Positions 7,299-18,800 of a stretch of DNA of 46,962 bases are shown piece after piece. Numbering within the stretch: position 1 is the first letter of the stretch; each line of letters opens with the position of its first letter. The position numbers and the translations under genes were made by a program. Source of the stretch: an uncultured Eubacteriales bacterium (GTDB taxonomy: Bacteria > Bacillota > Clostridia > Christensenellales > UBA1242); assembly GCA_949841245.1 (NCBI GenBank), contig CATKYT010000005.1, forward strand, positions 1 through 46,962. Reading direction: 5' to 3'. The notes under the pieces were generated by a model, which worked only from the letters and a program-made list of their open reading frames with translations, had not been told where the DNA came from and made no database searches.

Positions 7299-10200
7299 AT
7301 GGAAAAAAAATTCAATATAACCAAAACTGTCTTTTACATATTTTTCGCATTTTGCTTTTTAGGTGCGGGAATTTTTTGTTTAAATAAGACATTAATTTTT
7401 GAAAGTGCATCAGCAGAAGTCGTGGAAAGTGAACTTGACAACAGAGAAACTGTTGATTACTTTTCCGTGCGAGAAAAAACACCAAGTGGTTCTGGCACAG
7501 AAATTAACCCTTTAACAAATGACACATTCCTTTATTCCAACAACAATGCTTTAAGCATATCTCTGCTTTCAAATGGAAACGAAGTAAACACTGGTGACAA
7601 CTTTTTATATTACGAAAATGTTTACTATCCAGATCCAACAAACAAAAACAATTTTCAATTTTACAGAAACATTGAAGTCAACTTAGAAATCAATGGCAAA
7701 AAGAAAGATTTAACAAGTTACAATTTCATCACAAGCACATCATCTGTTGCCTTCCCAAATGAGCCTACATCCAATCCTCAAAAGTTTGAAATACTGTTCA
7801 ACAACACAGGTGCAGAAAGCAATGCAATTAAAATTGTTGATGAAAACAACAAACTCATTGAAGAAGGTGTCTATAAACTCAGAATTCATTTCACTCGTTT
7901 CTACACCACAAACGGAGAAAATGATATTTCAACAACAACTTTTGAATCAGAAGGCGTTGACATAGAATACAGTTTTTACATGTTTGATAAATCTTCTTAC
8001 ATAATCAACAACAACCCAGTCATCAAAACATTTAATTTTGATAAATCAATTGTTACATCAAATTCCATAACAGAAAACTCAACTGGTTTCTATCTTTACA
8101 GCAACTATTCTTCAGAAAACGAAGCAAACAAAATTCCTTATATTGAATTTGACCACACACGCTTTGAACTTGACATTGCAAAAACACTTCAAGACAAAAC
8201 CACAACAATGCAAATAAGTTTTGCAGAAGATAAAAATGAAAATGGAATTGCAGTTTCAGAAAACAACTTTGCTTACACACAACTTTTCAAAGATGAAAAT
8301 GGTCAATCTAAATGCCGAGTGTTCTTTACTGAACTTGGAAACTATACAATTAAATTTAAAGCAATTTTTGTTTATGAAGAACAAAACTCCGAAGGTCAAG
8401 TCGCAAAAAGACAACTGCACAACATTGATGCAGTTACAGGACAAGCCAAAACTGCTTTGGTTTATATGTATGGCTATCAACTTGCCTACACCGATCACGA
8501 CAAGCCAACCAATTCAGATGGTTCTCATCAAACGAGTGAAATGAAAGATTATGACTTTACTGCAAATGAATTTTATAATGGTGCTGATATTACAAGCGGA
8601 TTTTTAAATTCAAATGAAAACTTTTCGCAATCTAATTTAAGTGCCACATTCCAAGAAGCCAACATCATTAATTACATAAACAACAACAAATTGTCCCCTG
8701 TAAAAACAGACCAAACACCTGTTTGGCTTAACGGAAACGCAACTTTAAATCCAAACATGAGTTATGTTTTCACAACTAAGAAACAAGCAGGTTATACTCA
8801 ATATGGAAACACAAAACTTTATGATGGCACAGCAGAAGGTTCACAACTTTATTTAATGGAAAAATTTAATGGCTCATCACTCAGCACAACAGGCACTTAC
8901 ATCTATGTGGTTGCCTATACATTCAACAACTATCGCTTACACGCCAATCAAATTTCAGACACCACTGTTTTCTATCAAATTTTCTATTTCCAAATTTATA
9001 AATCTAAAGCAAGCATAAGTCTTAAAACAGCAGAAACTAACAAAGATGTTTCTTCAACAGAATTTTATAATGAAAGCATCATCTTGACTGACACAACAAA
9101 AGAAGAATCATATAATCAAGACATTGAAATTTTAATCTATGCAAAAGATTATGAAAATGGTGGTTTCCTTTCAAACTTTGGTGGAGAAAATGGAATATTA
9201 CTTTCCGAACTTGACACCGACCATGACAATGTTGTTATTTTGGAAGACAGTGCACACTATTCAATTTGGCTTTACCAAAAAAGCACAGGCATTACATCCA
9301 AAAATGAAGATTATTATTTCACAATCGACAAATATGAAATCAACTATGACGACATTAAAGCAAGAACTGTTAAACAACAAACCAACGGAACAGATTATGA
9401 GATAATTTCTGATGTAAATGGATTTGCCACAAATGAAAACTTTGCACTGTCTTGGCAAGAAAAGAAAAGTGGAGCAAAAACAACAGCATATTATAAACGC
9501 TTCTCTTTGGAAAATTACAATTTCTATAAAGAAAGCACTACAGCAACTCAACTAAGCACATTCTTGCAAAACCACAATTCCCTTCCTGTCAATCATGCAT
9601 TGAACATGTCAACAGAAGGAACTATTTGGAATAAACTTGGAAATGTCACCGACAATGGAAACACTTTAAACAAAGACACAGTTTCAGGAACAGGAAATTT
9701 TGTGCTTTCAGCATCAGGTCTTTATTTGGTGGACATCTATGATGAAGCAGGAAATCACACTGTAAAAGTTTTCTTCCTTGATTCAACAACTCCAATCTTT
9801 GCAGTAAGTGATGGCGTAACTTACAGCATTCCAAGCAGTTCAATTTATATTACTCAAAGCCAAAATCTTTATTGGGGTCAAAATAAACTTATCAGATTAA
9901 TCAATTTCAATTCTTTCAATTTCAATAATGTTAAACTTGACAGCAACAACGAATATTACCTTGAAGGTTCAAACAGATTTGTTAAAGATGTGATTTCAGA
10001 ATATGAATTCTATAAATCTAAATCCAAAGACGAGAACAAAAATGACATTTACAGCATGGAAATCTTTGAAGCAATGTATAAACTCTATCAAGACCAAAAC
10101 AAAGATGATAAGCCAGATTATTTGGAATATTACACTTTCTATTCTGACACCATGACGGAATATAACGGAATCTATCTTAAAATTCCAATTAGCAATGTTT

Positions 10201-13200
10201 CTTATTTCATCGACAGACAACACTCTCAATATACAAAACAAACTGATGTTTATGAAGCACATATTGGCAACGAAGAAGAAATGACTTACAGGGTTCTCAT
10301 CAGAGACATGTCAAACACAAAAAAAGCTGTTGGCTATGCTGATGATGCACAAATTCAATATACCAACTATTTCAGTGCAAAACAGACAATCATAATCAGT
10401 TTTGATACATCAGAATTTTTTGTAAACTTTAAAAATGCCAATGGCGAAACCGAAGTTTTGTCATCAAACACAAATGAAGAAGACAAAGAAAACTCTGTAA
10501 AAACAACCTATCTAAGCCCATCCAGCATGAATAAAGAATTCAGTGTTTCATTTATTCCAACAACAGTGATTGCTGGTGCTGGTGGAGAAAGTTCCAAAAC
10601 AATTCAAATAGACACCGTTGAAGCCAAGTTTTATAAAGCAGGAAAAGAATCCAAAGTTGAAAAGAACGGCATTACCTATTACTATTATGAACTTTCAGAC
10701 AGTTATTCCATCATTCCAATCTATCAATTTAACAATGTTCAAAACACAAGCAAAATAAGTGAAGTAATCAATGCCACCGACGGAGTTACAGCTGCTGGTA
10801 AATATGAAATCACCAGAAAATATTATTTCAATAATGACGCTGTTGACACAGAATATTATTGCAATGAAAATGATTTTATCACCCGCACATATGTCTTCTA
10901 TGTTGACCGTTATGGCGTTGTAACCAATCCTGTTTACAGCGAATTTGATAATAAGCATTCTGAAAGCATGGTTGGTGGAGATATATTTGTCACACTTTAT
11001 GACAACGGAACAAATGCAGACTTACTTGTTTCCTTCCCTGATTCATTTAATGGAAACCAAAATGGCAATTCCATTTACAACACAGGAAATTTAAACATTA
11101 CAAGTCCAATCTTTGAAACCAACAAACTTCCACTTAAATTGTATATTCCACAAATGAAATATACAAAGTCCGTTTCAAAAAATGATTTAACAAACGGTTA
11201 TGACTTCTCAGTTGACATTAATGACGCAATGAATCAATTTGCCAATAACGATATCATTTCAGAATATGTGTTGTATGCAGAAATATATAAAGACAATTTA
11301 AAAACCTTATATGCTGCAACAACAACAGATTTAAACAACCCAACTTTGGACAGCACTTTGGCAACAGCAACGGAAAACGGCTTCTTGACATTTTATCACA
11401 GAAACAACAACACTGTGGAGCAATTGAATGGTTTAAGTGAAGCAGGAACTTATTATGTTCGAATTTATCAAGGTCGTTTTGGAAATGAAATCGGCGAAAA
11501 CAGTTTCAATCAATTCCTGACATTCTATTTCACAATTGAAGAATCTGCGCCAGATTTCACTGTAAGAACAACCAACATGGCAGATTTAAATTTTGATGCC
11601 AACGACACAACAAATGACTATTCTGTTCGATATCACACCAATCAGTCCAGACTTGAATTAGTTTGGGATGAAGGCTCTACTTATATGGCGGACATTGACA
11701 AAGCAAACATTATGTTTAAGTTTAAAGGCAGTCGCCAAGAAATCAATGCAAAAACAATTTTCCCAGACATTGAAAACCTTAAACCAGTAAATGGAAAATA
11801 TGTTTTGGAAATCAATTTGGCAAGCCTTGGAAATTACAACATCTATTCACATGACAACTATGTTGACATCACAATGCAATATATAAATCATGATGATTTG
11901 CTTTACAGCAAAGTGACAAAAAGAATTTATGTTGACCTTTCTGCTCCACTTACAACAATAAATTCCCTTGTGACAAAAGTGACAAGCGGAACAATTGGTG
12001 AAAGTGGTGGTGCTTCCCGCTTAAGCGAAAGAATGCTTCGTTCTCGCTTCCAAGCAGATGGCAGAACCTTGGCTACTAATGATTTAAACACTTGTTACAA
12101 TGTTTCAATTTCCACAGAACCTTTTGCTTATTATTCTTATAATGTAACCAATAAAACTGGAAATGATTTTGCTCAAACATTGCTGACAAATAAAGATTAC
12201 ATGACTTATGTTCGTGCGTTCAGCAAAACAGGAAGCAATGCAAAATATGCTTCAACACAAAATCAAGAAACTGCTCCTGGCGATTTCCGAGCAAGTAATT
12301 TCACTGAAATAAGTCAATTTATAAGTGAAAAGGGTGGTTTTGAAGTAGGAACTTATTATGAAATTGTGGAAACAGACTTGGCTGGAAATATGACAATTTA
12401 CACAGTTTATGTGACAAGTTATAATGCAAATGAAAATGCCGACCAAGAAATTATTGCCTTTATAGATGGTTCAAATCAAAACTCAGCATATACAATATCT
12501 GATTTTACAGAAGCACAAAACTATTATAAAACAGACACAATGCACAACATATATTCAAAAAGAGGATTTAATCTTCAAAACATCAATTATTTTGGAGATG
12601 TTTGGTCACAAATCTACATCAGAACACGAAATGCACAAAATCAAGTAAACACCTATTACATCAATTTAACGCCTTGGGGATATGCTTACGACCTTGTCAA
12701 CCAAACTCATATCACAATGGTGGATTTAAGAAATTTAATTGATGGTTCAGTAAATTCTACTTACAAACACCTAGTTCAAATATATGACAGATTAAATTCA
12801 CAAACAGAAAACTTCTACATCAACATAAACAATCAAAGTTTGCGTTATGAACTTACAAAAGAAGAAAACAAAGAATATTTAACCATAACTTCAAACCCTT
12901 CAAATGAGCAGATTAAAAACCCTGTAACGGCAGAAAAAGCATTCTTGACACAACTTACCATCACCGCAATTTTGCCTGACACAAACGAAACTATTGAACT
13001 TTATAACAAAACAAATAAACTTGGTTTTTCAGAACTTTGGACAAGCAATGAAAACATTGAAGTTAAGGCAGACACAAATTTAAGAACACTTACATTTAAT
13101 GTTAGAGATTCAATTGGCTTTGCCGACAACACCAGAATAAATTACACATTTACAGACAACTATGGTGGAGTTTATAAAGAGATTCATCTATACAACGAAT

Positions 13201-15641
13201 CGATTATTTCACAAGAAATCACAGTTCCACAGGGCAAACATCTTTATTCTTATGTTGAAGAAGACACAGGCAGAATTTACTATCTGACAGACAGCACAAT
13301 CCAATTCAACTATAACCCTAGACGATATGTAGTTAAAGTGTTTGATTTAGAAAACGGAAAGCCAACAACAAATCTTTTCAATGCAACTTTTAAAGAAACA
13401 CCATCTAATGGCATTTCTGTAATGACCATCACAACAACAAAAACCAACCTTTATGATGATGGTTTCATAATTGTTTGTTACAACGCTTACTCCACAGATG
13501 AAACAGAAGACATCACCCAGACAAATCCAGTTAAAACAATTTACTTTAAACTTTACAACATGTTGCCTACACCAAATGAAACTAACAACATCAACGAAAT
13601 TGGTCAGTTTAAATTTTTGGACACTAATGGCATCAACATAACTAATGAAATTGTTTCTGGTCAAGCAAGTGGCGAAACAGGTTATTATTCAGAAGTAAGA
13701 TTGCAATACAACAGCAACATCAGCATGGAAATCCCAGTTGTTTACTCTTACAGTAAAGATAAAACCAATTGGACAGAAATCACATCCAACACCATAAGTT
13801 TTAAATGTGAAGACGAAAATGCTGAAACTTATTACATCAAAGTTTGGTATAAAGAAAAATTTATCGAAAACTATTATTCATCTGGTTATGTATTCTCATT
13901 TGTTCCAGAAGAACAAATCTTTGAATTTACATTGACATCACTTACTCAAACTTACTGGATTGAAAACACATTAACTGGCGAAATCATCAATAAAAGCGAT
14001 TATGTGTTTGAAACAACAAGCGGAAGTTACACACACTATATTGTCAACCTTTCTTACTTAAACAGCAGTTACATCAAAATAAACACCAACAGCGAACAAC
14101 AAATCACTTACACGAAGATTGGTGAAATTCAAGATGAAACAGCAGAAAGTGTTTGGACCTACATTTACAGAATTTCCAACTTGAAAAACGGAGTTCCACC
14201 AGAAAACATTTCCGCTTATGAAGTCAATATTGCAATTTCATTTATTCCACCAACTGACAAAATTGTAACAGAGTTTTACACTTATGATGAAACCACAGGA
14301 AAAATGAACACCAACAACAATTTGGCAAATCAACTTTCAAAAGAAATAATTGTTTTGCAATCATCATCGTTAAATCAAATTGAATTACAATGGTCAGAAT
14401 ATTATGGAATTAAACAAAACAAAATCAATCTAAAAATATTCAAAGATGGAATTGAACTTGCTCCAACCGTTTACACCAGATATTCAAACGATAAAAAGAA
14501 AACTTACAGTTATGTCTATCTGACACATTCAGGGAAATATACAATTTCATTTAAAGACACTTCTGGAAACGAACATCGTTTCAGCAATGCAACAGTTGGG
14601 CAATATAAAGAATTTACACTTACTTTTGTCAAAGATGTTCCTTTCAATGTCACCTACACAAATCTTATGACAGGCGATCGCGAAACAACAATTCCAATTC
14701 GCGAAGCAATTTACAATGGTTCTGTAACCCTGAAAATTGATTCCAGTGTTCTTTCAAGTTACTACACTTACAGTTGCAATGTAATAAGAAATGGCAGAGA
14801 ATACACAGGCTTTGTGGCTGACACAAACACTTGGACTTATACTTTCAACGAAACAGGTTATTATCAAGTGACTTTTTCAGCAACAACAGCAACAACAGAA
14901 TCAGCAATCCGCACTGAAACCTATCAATTTACAATCTTGGATGAAGATGAATACAAATATTCTTACATCGTAAATCCATATTCAAATTATTACATTGAAA
15001 AGGTCATTAAAGATGGCGTGGATGTGACTGAAAGTTTGACTCAGACATTGTCTGTTTCAAAGATAACAGTAAATGGAAAAACCTATATGAAAGCACTTCC
15101 ACTTTCATACATTGATGAAAAAACTGGCGAAGGAACATATTACATCACAATAAATTCCAACAACAAACTTTATAAAGCAGATTCTGAAATAACAAGTTGG
15201 ACATTCAAAGTTGTTATAAAACCTTCTGACACAGTTCCAATCATCATTTCTCATGAAAATGGTTCTTCCACAACTGACAATATTACAATTGCTCTTAACA
15301 CTCAAAACATCTATGAACAACTTGGCAGAGTGACTTTGGTTGTTGTAAGATTTAACAATAACAACCAACAATACATTTACTATCAAAGTGAAATTTCTTC
15401 AACAAGCAATGGAGTGCTTAATACAAGCATTGATGATACAGGAACATATTTAATTCAAATTTACTCAGGTCGCATCGAAAATGGCTCACTTTCAGGAAAT
15501 AATCTTATATTCAGTTATAAAGTTATCCGCAATGAACCATTCAATGCAGCAACAATAATAATTATTGTCGTTTCAGTAATCGTGGCAGTTGCAATCATCT
15601 TCCTTATCATCAAACTTAGAAAGAGAATTTCAGTTAAATAG
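7299..15641 (+). CDS. Giant secreted, C-terminally membrane-anchored surface protein with Ig-like beta-sandwich domains (2780 aa)
   Basis: N-terminal signal peptide (..SASA); recurring G-x-Y...D-x-[AS]GN strands; N/T/Y-rich; C-terminal TM plus KLRKRISVK; no LPxTG. Confidence 0.85.
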   Translation: MEKKFNITKTVFYIFFAFCFLGAGIFCLNKTLIFESASAEVVESELDNRETVDYFSVREKTPSGSGTEINPLTNDTFLYSNNNALSISLLSNGNEVNTGDNFLYYENVYYPDPTNKNNFQFYRNIEVNLEINGKKKDLTSYNFITSTSSVAFPNEPTSNPQKFEILFNNTGAESNAIKIVDENNKLIEEGVYKLRIHFTRFYTTNGENDISTTTFESEGVDIEYSFYMFDKSSYIINNNPVIKTFNFDKSIVTSNSITENSTGFYLYSNYSSENEANKIPYIEFDHTRFELDIAKTLQDKTTTMQISFAEDKNENGIAVSENNFAYTQLFKDENGQSKCRVFFTELGNYTIKFKAIFVYEEQNSEGQVAKRQLHNIDAVTGQAKTALVYMYGYQLAYTDHDKPTNSDGSHQTSEMKDYDFTANEFYNGADITSGFLNSNENFSQSNLSATFQEANIINYINNNKLSPVKTDQTPVWLNGNATLNPNMSYVFTTKKQAGYTQYGNTKLYDGTAEGSQLYLMEKFNGSSLSTTGTYIYVVAYTFNNYRLHANQISDTTVFYQIFYFQIYKSKASISLKTAETNKDVSSTEFYNESIILTDTTKEESYNQDIEILIYAKDYENGGFLSNFGGENGILLSELDTDHDNVVILEDSAHYSIWLYQKSTGITSKNEDYYFTIDKYEINYDDIKARTVKQQTNGTDYEIISDVNGFATNENFALSWQEKKSGAKTTAYYKRFSLENYNFYKESTTATQLSTFLQNHNSLPVNHALNMSTEGTIWNKLGNVTDNGNTLNKDTVSGTGNFVLSASGLYLVDIYDEAGNHTVKVFFLDSTTPIFAVSDGVTYSIPSSSIYITQSQNLYWGQNKLIRLINFNSFNFNNVKLDSNNEYYLEGSNRFVKDVISEYEFYKSKSKDENKNDIYSMEIFEAMYKLYQDQNKDDKPDYLEYYTFYSDTMTEYNGIYLKIPISNVSYFIDRQHSQYTKQTDVYEAHIGNEEEMTYRVLIRDMSNTKKAVGYADDAQIQYTNYFSAKQTIIISFDTSEFFVNFKNANGETEVLSSNTNEEDKENSVKTTYLSPSSMNKEFSVSFIPTTVIAGAGGESSKTIQIDTVEAKFYKAGKESKVEKNGITYYYYELSDSYSIIPIYQFNNVQNTSKISEVINATDGVTAAGKYEITRKYYFNNDAVDTEYYCNENDFITRTYVFYVDRYGVVTNPVYSEFDNKHSESMVGGDIFVTLYDNGTNADLLVSFPDSFNGNQNGNSIYNTGNLNITSPIFETNKLPLKLYIPQMKYTKSVSKNDLTNGYDFSVDINDAMNQFANNDIISEYVLYAEIYKDNLKTLYAATTTDLNNPTLDSTLATATENGFLTFYHRNNNTVEQLNGLSEAGTYYVRIYQGRFGNEIGENSFNQFLTFYFTIEESAPDFTVRTTNMADLNFDANDTTNDYSVRYHTNQSRLELVWDEGSTYMADIDKANIMFKFKGSRQEINAKTIFPDIENLKPVNGKYVLEINLASLGNYNIYSHDNYVDITMQYINHDDLLYSKVTKRIYVDLSAPLTTINSLVTKVTSGTIGESGGASRLSERMLRSRFQADGRTLATNDLNTCYNVSISTEPFAYYSYNVTNKTGNDFAQTLLTNKDYMTYVRAFSKTGSNAKYASTQNQETAPGDFRASNFTEISQFISEKGGFEVGTYYEIVETDLAGNMTIYTVYVTSYNANENADQEIIAFIDGSNQNSAYTISDFTEAQNYYKTDTMHNIYSKRGFNLQNINYFGDVWSQIYIRTRNAQNQVNTYYINLTPWGYAYDLVNQTHITMVDLRNLIDGSVNSTYKHLVQIYDRLNSQTENFYININNQSLRYELTKEENKEYLTITSNPSNEQIKNPVTAEKAFLTQLTITAILPDTNETIELYNKTNKLGFSELWTSNENIEVKADTNLRTLTFNVRDSIGFADNTRINYTFTDNYGGVYKEIHLYNESIISQEITVPQGKHLYSYVEEDTGRIYYLTDSTIQFNYNPRRYVVKVFDLENGKPTTNLFNATFKETPSNGISVMTITTTKTNLYDDGFIIVCYNAYSTDETEDITQTNPVKTIYFKLYNMLPTPNETNNINEIGQFKFLDTNGINITNEIVSGQASGETGYYSEVRLQYNSNISMEIPVVYSYSKDKTNWTEITSNTISFKCEDENAETYYIKVWYKEKFIENYYSSGYVFSFVPEEQIFEFTLTSLTQTYWIENTLTGEIINKSDYVFETTSGSYTHYIVNLSYLNSSYIKINTNSEQQITYTKIGEIQDETAESVWTYIYRISNLKNGVPPENISAYEVNIAISFIPPTDKIVTEFYTYDETTGKMNTNNNLANQLSKEIIVLQSSSLNQIELQWSEYYGIKQNKINLKIFKDGIELAPTVYTRYSNDKKKTYSYVYLTHSGKYTISFKDTSGNEHRFSNATVGQYKEFTLTFVKDVPFNVTYTNLMTGDRETTIPIREAIYNGSVTLKIDSSVLSSYYTYSCNVIRNGREYTGFVADTNTWTYTFNETGYYQVTFSATTATTESAIRTETYQFTILDEDEYKYSYIVNPYSNYYIEKVIKDGVDVTESLTQTLSVSKITVNGKTYMKALPLSYIDEKTGEGTYYITINSNNKLYKADSEITSWTFKVVIKPSDTVPIIISHENGSSTTDNITIALNTQNIYEQLGRVTLVVVRFNNNNQQYIYYQSEISSTSNGVLNTSIDDTGTYLIQIYSGRIENGSLSGNNLIFSYKVIRNEPFNAATIIIIVVSVIVAVAIIFLIIKLRKRISVK

Positions 15642-15644
15642 TTT

Positions 15645-15677
15645 AAAAGAAACGAGTATAAACTCGTTTCTTTTTTT
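15645..15677 (+). terminator. Intrinsic terminator
   Basis: AAAAGAAACGAGT-ataa-ACTCGTTTCTTTT plus T-tract. Confidence 0.85.
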
Positions 15678-15763
15678 GACATTTTTGTTTTAAAAATTAT
15701 TAATTAAATCTTTATATTAATTTATAGCAGTTAATTTTAAAATTATTTTTATATAATAAAAAT

Positions 15764-15793
15764 AAAAAAGACTGATTAAATCAGTCTTTTTTT
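15764..15793 (-). terminator. Intrinsic terminator
   Basis: AAAAAAGACTGAT-taa-ATCAGTCTTTTTT. Confidence 0.85.
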
Positions 15794-15803
15794 ATAATGA
15801 CAA

Positions 15804-18800
15804 TTATTTCTTTTTAAGTTCTTTGTCAAGTTTAACTTTTGAAACAACAAAGTAAACAATAACACCAACAAGAACAAGAACAGAAAGAACAATTAAGACA
15901 ATTCCAACAATTTGATAAACTTCTGTGTTAGATTGAGTTTCTGTTGTAACTTCAAACTTGAATGTTTCAGTAGTTGTTGGGCCGTCATCTCTTGTTACAG
16001 AAACTGTAATTGTATATGTTCCAACTTGAAGGTCATCAACATAATATTTACCGTTTCTTTCTTCTGCCAAGTTTTTGTTGTCAGCATCAGCAACAACTTC
16101 AATTTTTGTTGTGCATTGGTTTTTGTCCATATTTGTTACAGTAATCAAACTTGGGTCAAGAACAAGTTGTTCACCAACAGTGTATTTCTTGTCTGAATCA
16201 AAGAATTTATCATCAAATTTCAATTTAGGAGCAGTAACATCACCGATAACAATTGTTACAACTTTAGATGTTGCAGAATTGCCTTTCTTATCTTTTACAG
16301 AATAAGTGATTGTATAAGTTCCATCTGGATTGCTTCCAGCACCAACATTGATTTTATATTCTCCGCCTTTAATGGCATCTTTTCCATCAAATGTTGCAGA
16401 TGGAGCAGAATTTCCATTAGCCAATGTTCCTGTTACACGAATGCTTGCAGAAGATTCATCAAGTCCGCTTGCATCAGTTGCTTCAAGTCCAAAGATTTTC
16501 AAAGAATAAACATCACTGACAGCATTTGCTTTAAGTTCTTCAATTGAAAGTTTTGGAGAATAAAGTTCTTCATAATAATTTTCTTTAAACTTAGGTCCAG
16601 TTGTGTCAGTTACTGAAATTGTGTAAGTGTCACTTTCAAGTCTGTAAGCCATAAGTTCGTTGTATAATGTTTCAGCAGAAATTCCAATAACACTTGTAAA
16701 GTCTGTTGCAACAATGCCATTTTTAGTTATAACTATATTGTTATTTTCATCTTTTGACACATTGTAAATTGTGCTTCCAGATGTAACTTTGTAACTTCCA
16801 TCAATAAGAGTTTCAACCTTAATGCCACTCTTAGTAGTTCCACTTCCATCAACGGCTGTGTTGATAAGTTCATAATAAGTGCCATAGTCATATTTGTTTG
16901 TTGTGTCATTCCATTCTAATTCGTTATGATATTTAAACATGTGAACATTGTATGCAGTCATTTCTGCTGTATAAACGATGTCATAAGTTCCTGTCTTAGA
17001 TGGTTTAAACACACTGCCAAGAGTTCCTACATTTACAGAACCATAATTTTCTTTAACAGCTCCATTTTCATCAACACCAACAACAACATAGTTGACAGCA
17101 TCTAAACTTGCTTGTTGAGCATCAGACAAATCTGACAAACTGTTAAGGTAATCATATTCGTCTTTTGTCATGCTTTTAGAAATATTGTAACTTACTGTAG
17201 GAGTTGGAATATTGATTTCTGGGTTGTCGTCAAGTTGGTAAGAACCACTTTCCAAAGAAGCAGCAAGAGATGGTGCTTGATTGATAGTTCTTCCACTTAC
17301 TGTATATTTCAAGAATGCAACGATTGTTCTGTTTTCAGAGTCTTTAAGTGCAACACTTACTCTGTATTCACCAGCAGAAACAGCATCAAATTTACCAGCA
17401 TTTAAAATGTAAAACATGCCCATGCTCATATTTTTGTCAGTTTCATAAACAGAAATGTTTGTGTCACCATCTACATAATAAGCATTAACATCATAAGTCA
17501 CATAGTTAATGGCATCATCAATTGCTTTAAATTCTGGGAGAGTAATTGTGTCGCCTTGATTGTAAATGAAATTGTTGTCATCTTCAATCTTTAAGTCATT
17601 TGTAAATCTTACAGGATTTTCATCCTTAATATTTTCAATAGCAACTTCTTTTGCATACATATTCAAATTGCCATAGTCATCATAAACATAAGAAACAACT
17701 TGGAGTAAGTTTGCATTTTCAGGAGCCTTTTTCAAATCAATTGAATAAGAAGTGCTGTTGTCAACTGTTAAATCAACATAACCTGTTCCATTAAATTTGG
17801 CATATTTATCTACCAATAAATTAACTGGGTCGCTGTCATCTTTAACTTCTTTTTCTTCCAAATCATCAAACACATCTGTGATGTCAACATTTGAAAGTTT
17901 AACAGGTTCATCATCTTCTGAGAACACATCAAGCACAGTTGTTGTTCCACTTGTTTTGTTTAAATAACGATACAATGTTACAACATTCATGTTTGTATCT
18001 CTTGTGTCAGAAGCAGTAGGTTTGTCAATTTTAATTGTTGTGTTTGGAACATATTTGTCTGCAAGAGTAGTTGAAAATCTGATTGTAGGAGCATCATTAT
18101 CAACACCAGAAGAAACCATCATGCTTTCTGTCTTAGTGTTTTTGTTGCCCGCTTTATCAGTTGCTGTGTAACGGATGTAATAAGATCTTGCACCCATACC
18201 ATAATATTTTGTTCCACCAATTTCAGTAACTTGTGATGTAGTTGCACCAAATGTTTCATTGCAATCAACATATGCAAGACCTAAATCTGATAAAGTTTTT
18301 CTTACATTTGCATCTGTCAAACTTTTTGTAAGCAATGATTTGAATGAATTGAAGTCAGTAACAGATGAAACTTGTTTGTTGATTATTGTGCCAAAATAGT
18401 TATACATATTTAAAGCGTTTGCATTGTCAACAACAATCAAATAGCCATTATTTTGAAGCCAAGCAAGTCTTTTTTCATCAGCAGTTTTGCCTGTTGTAAG
18501 GTCAGAATCGGAAACAAATGCATTTGCATCTGCTTTTTCTGCTTTCTTAACAGCCTTGTTGATGAGATAGTTGTTTGTCAACATGCTTCTCCAAGCACTG
18601 TCACTGTCAGCATCACTTCCGCCATAATTGAAAATCAAGTTAAATTCGTCATAGTTATCAATTGTAAGTTTAACTTCATCGCCTGTCAATATTTGACGAG
18701 TAAGTTCGCTTTCACTTGCAGTTGAAACATTGTCTTTTATGCCAATTGCATAAACCACAACACTGTTTGGAGCATGACGAGAAGCCAATTTCCAACTTTC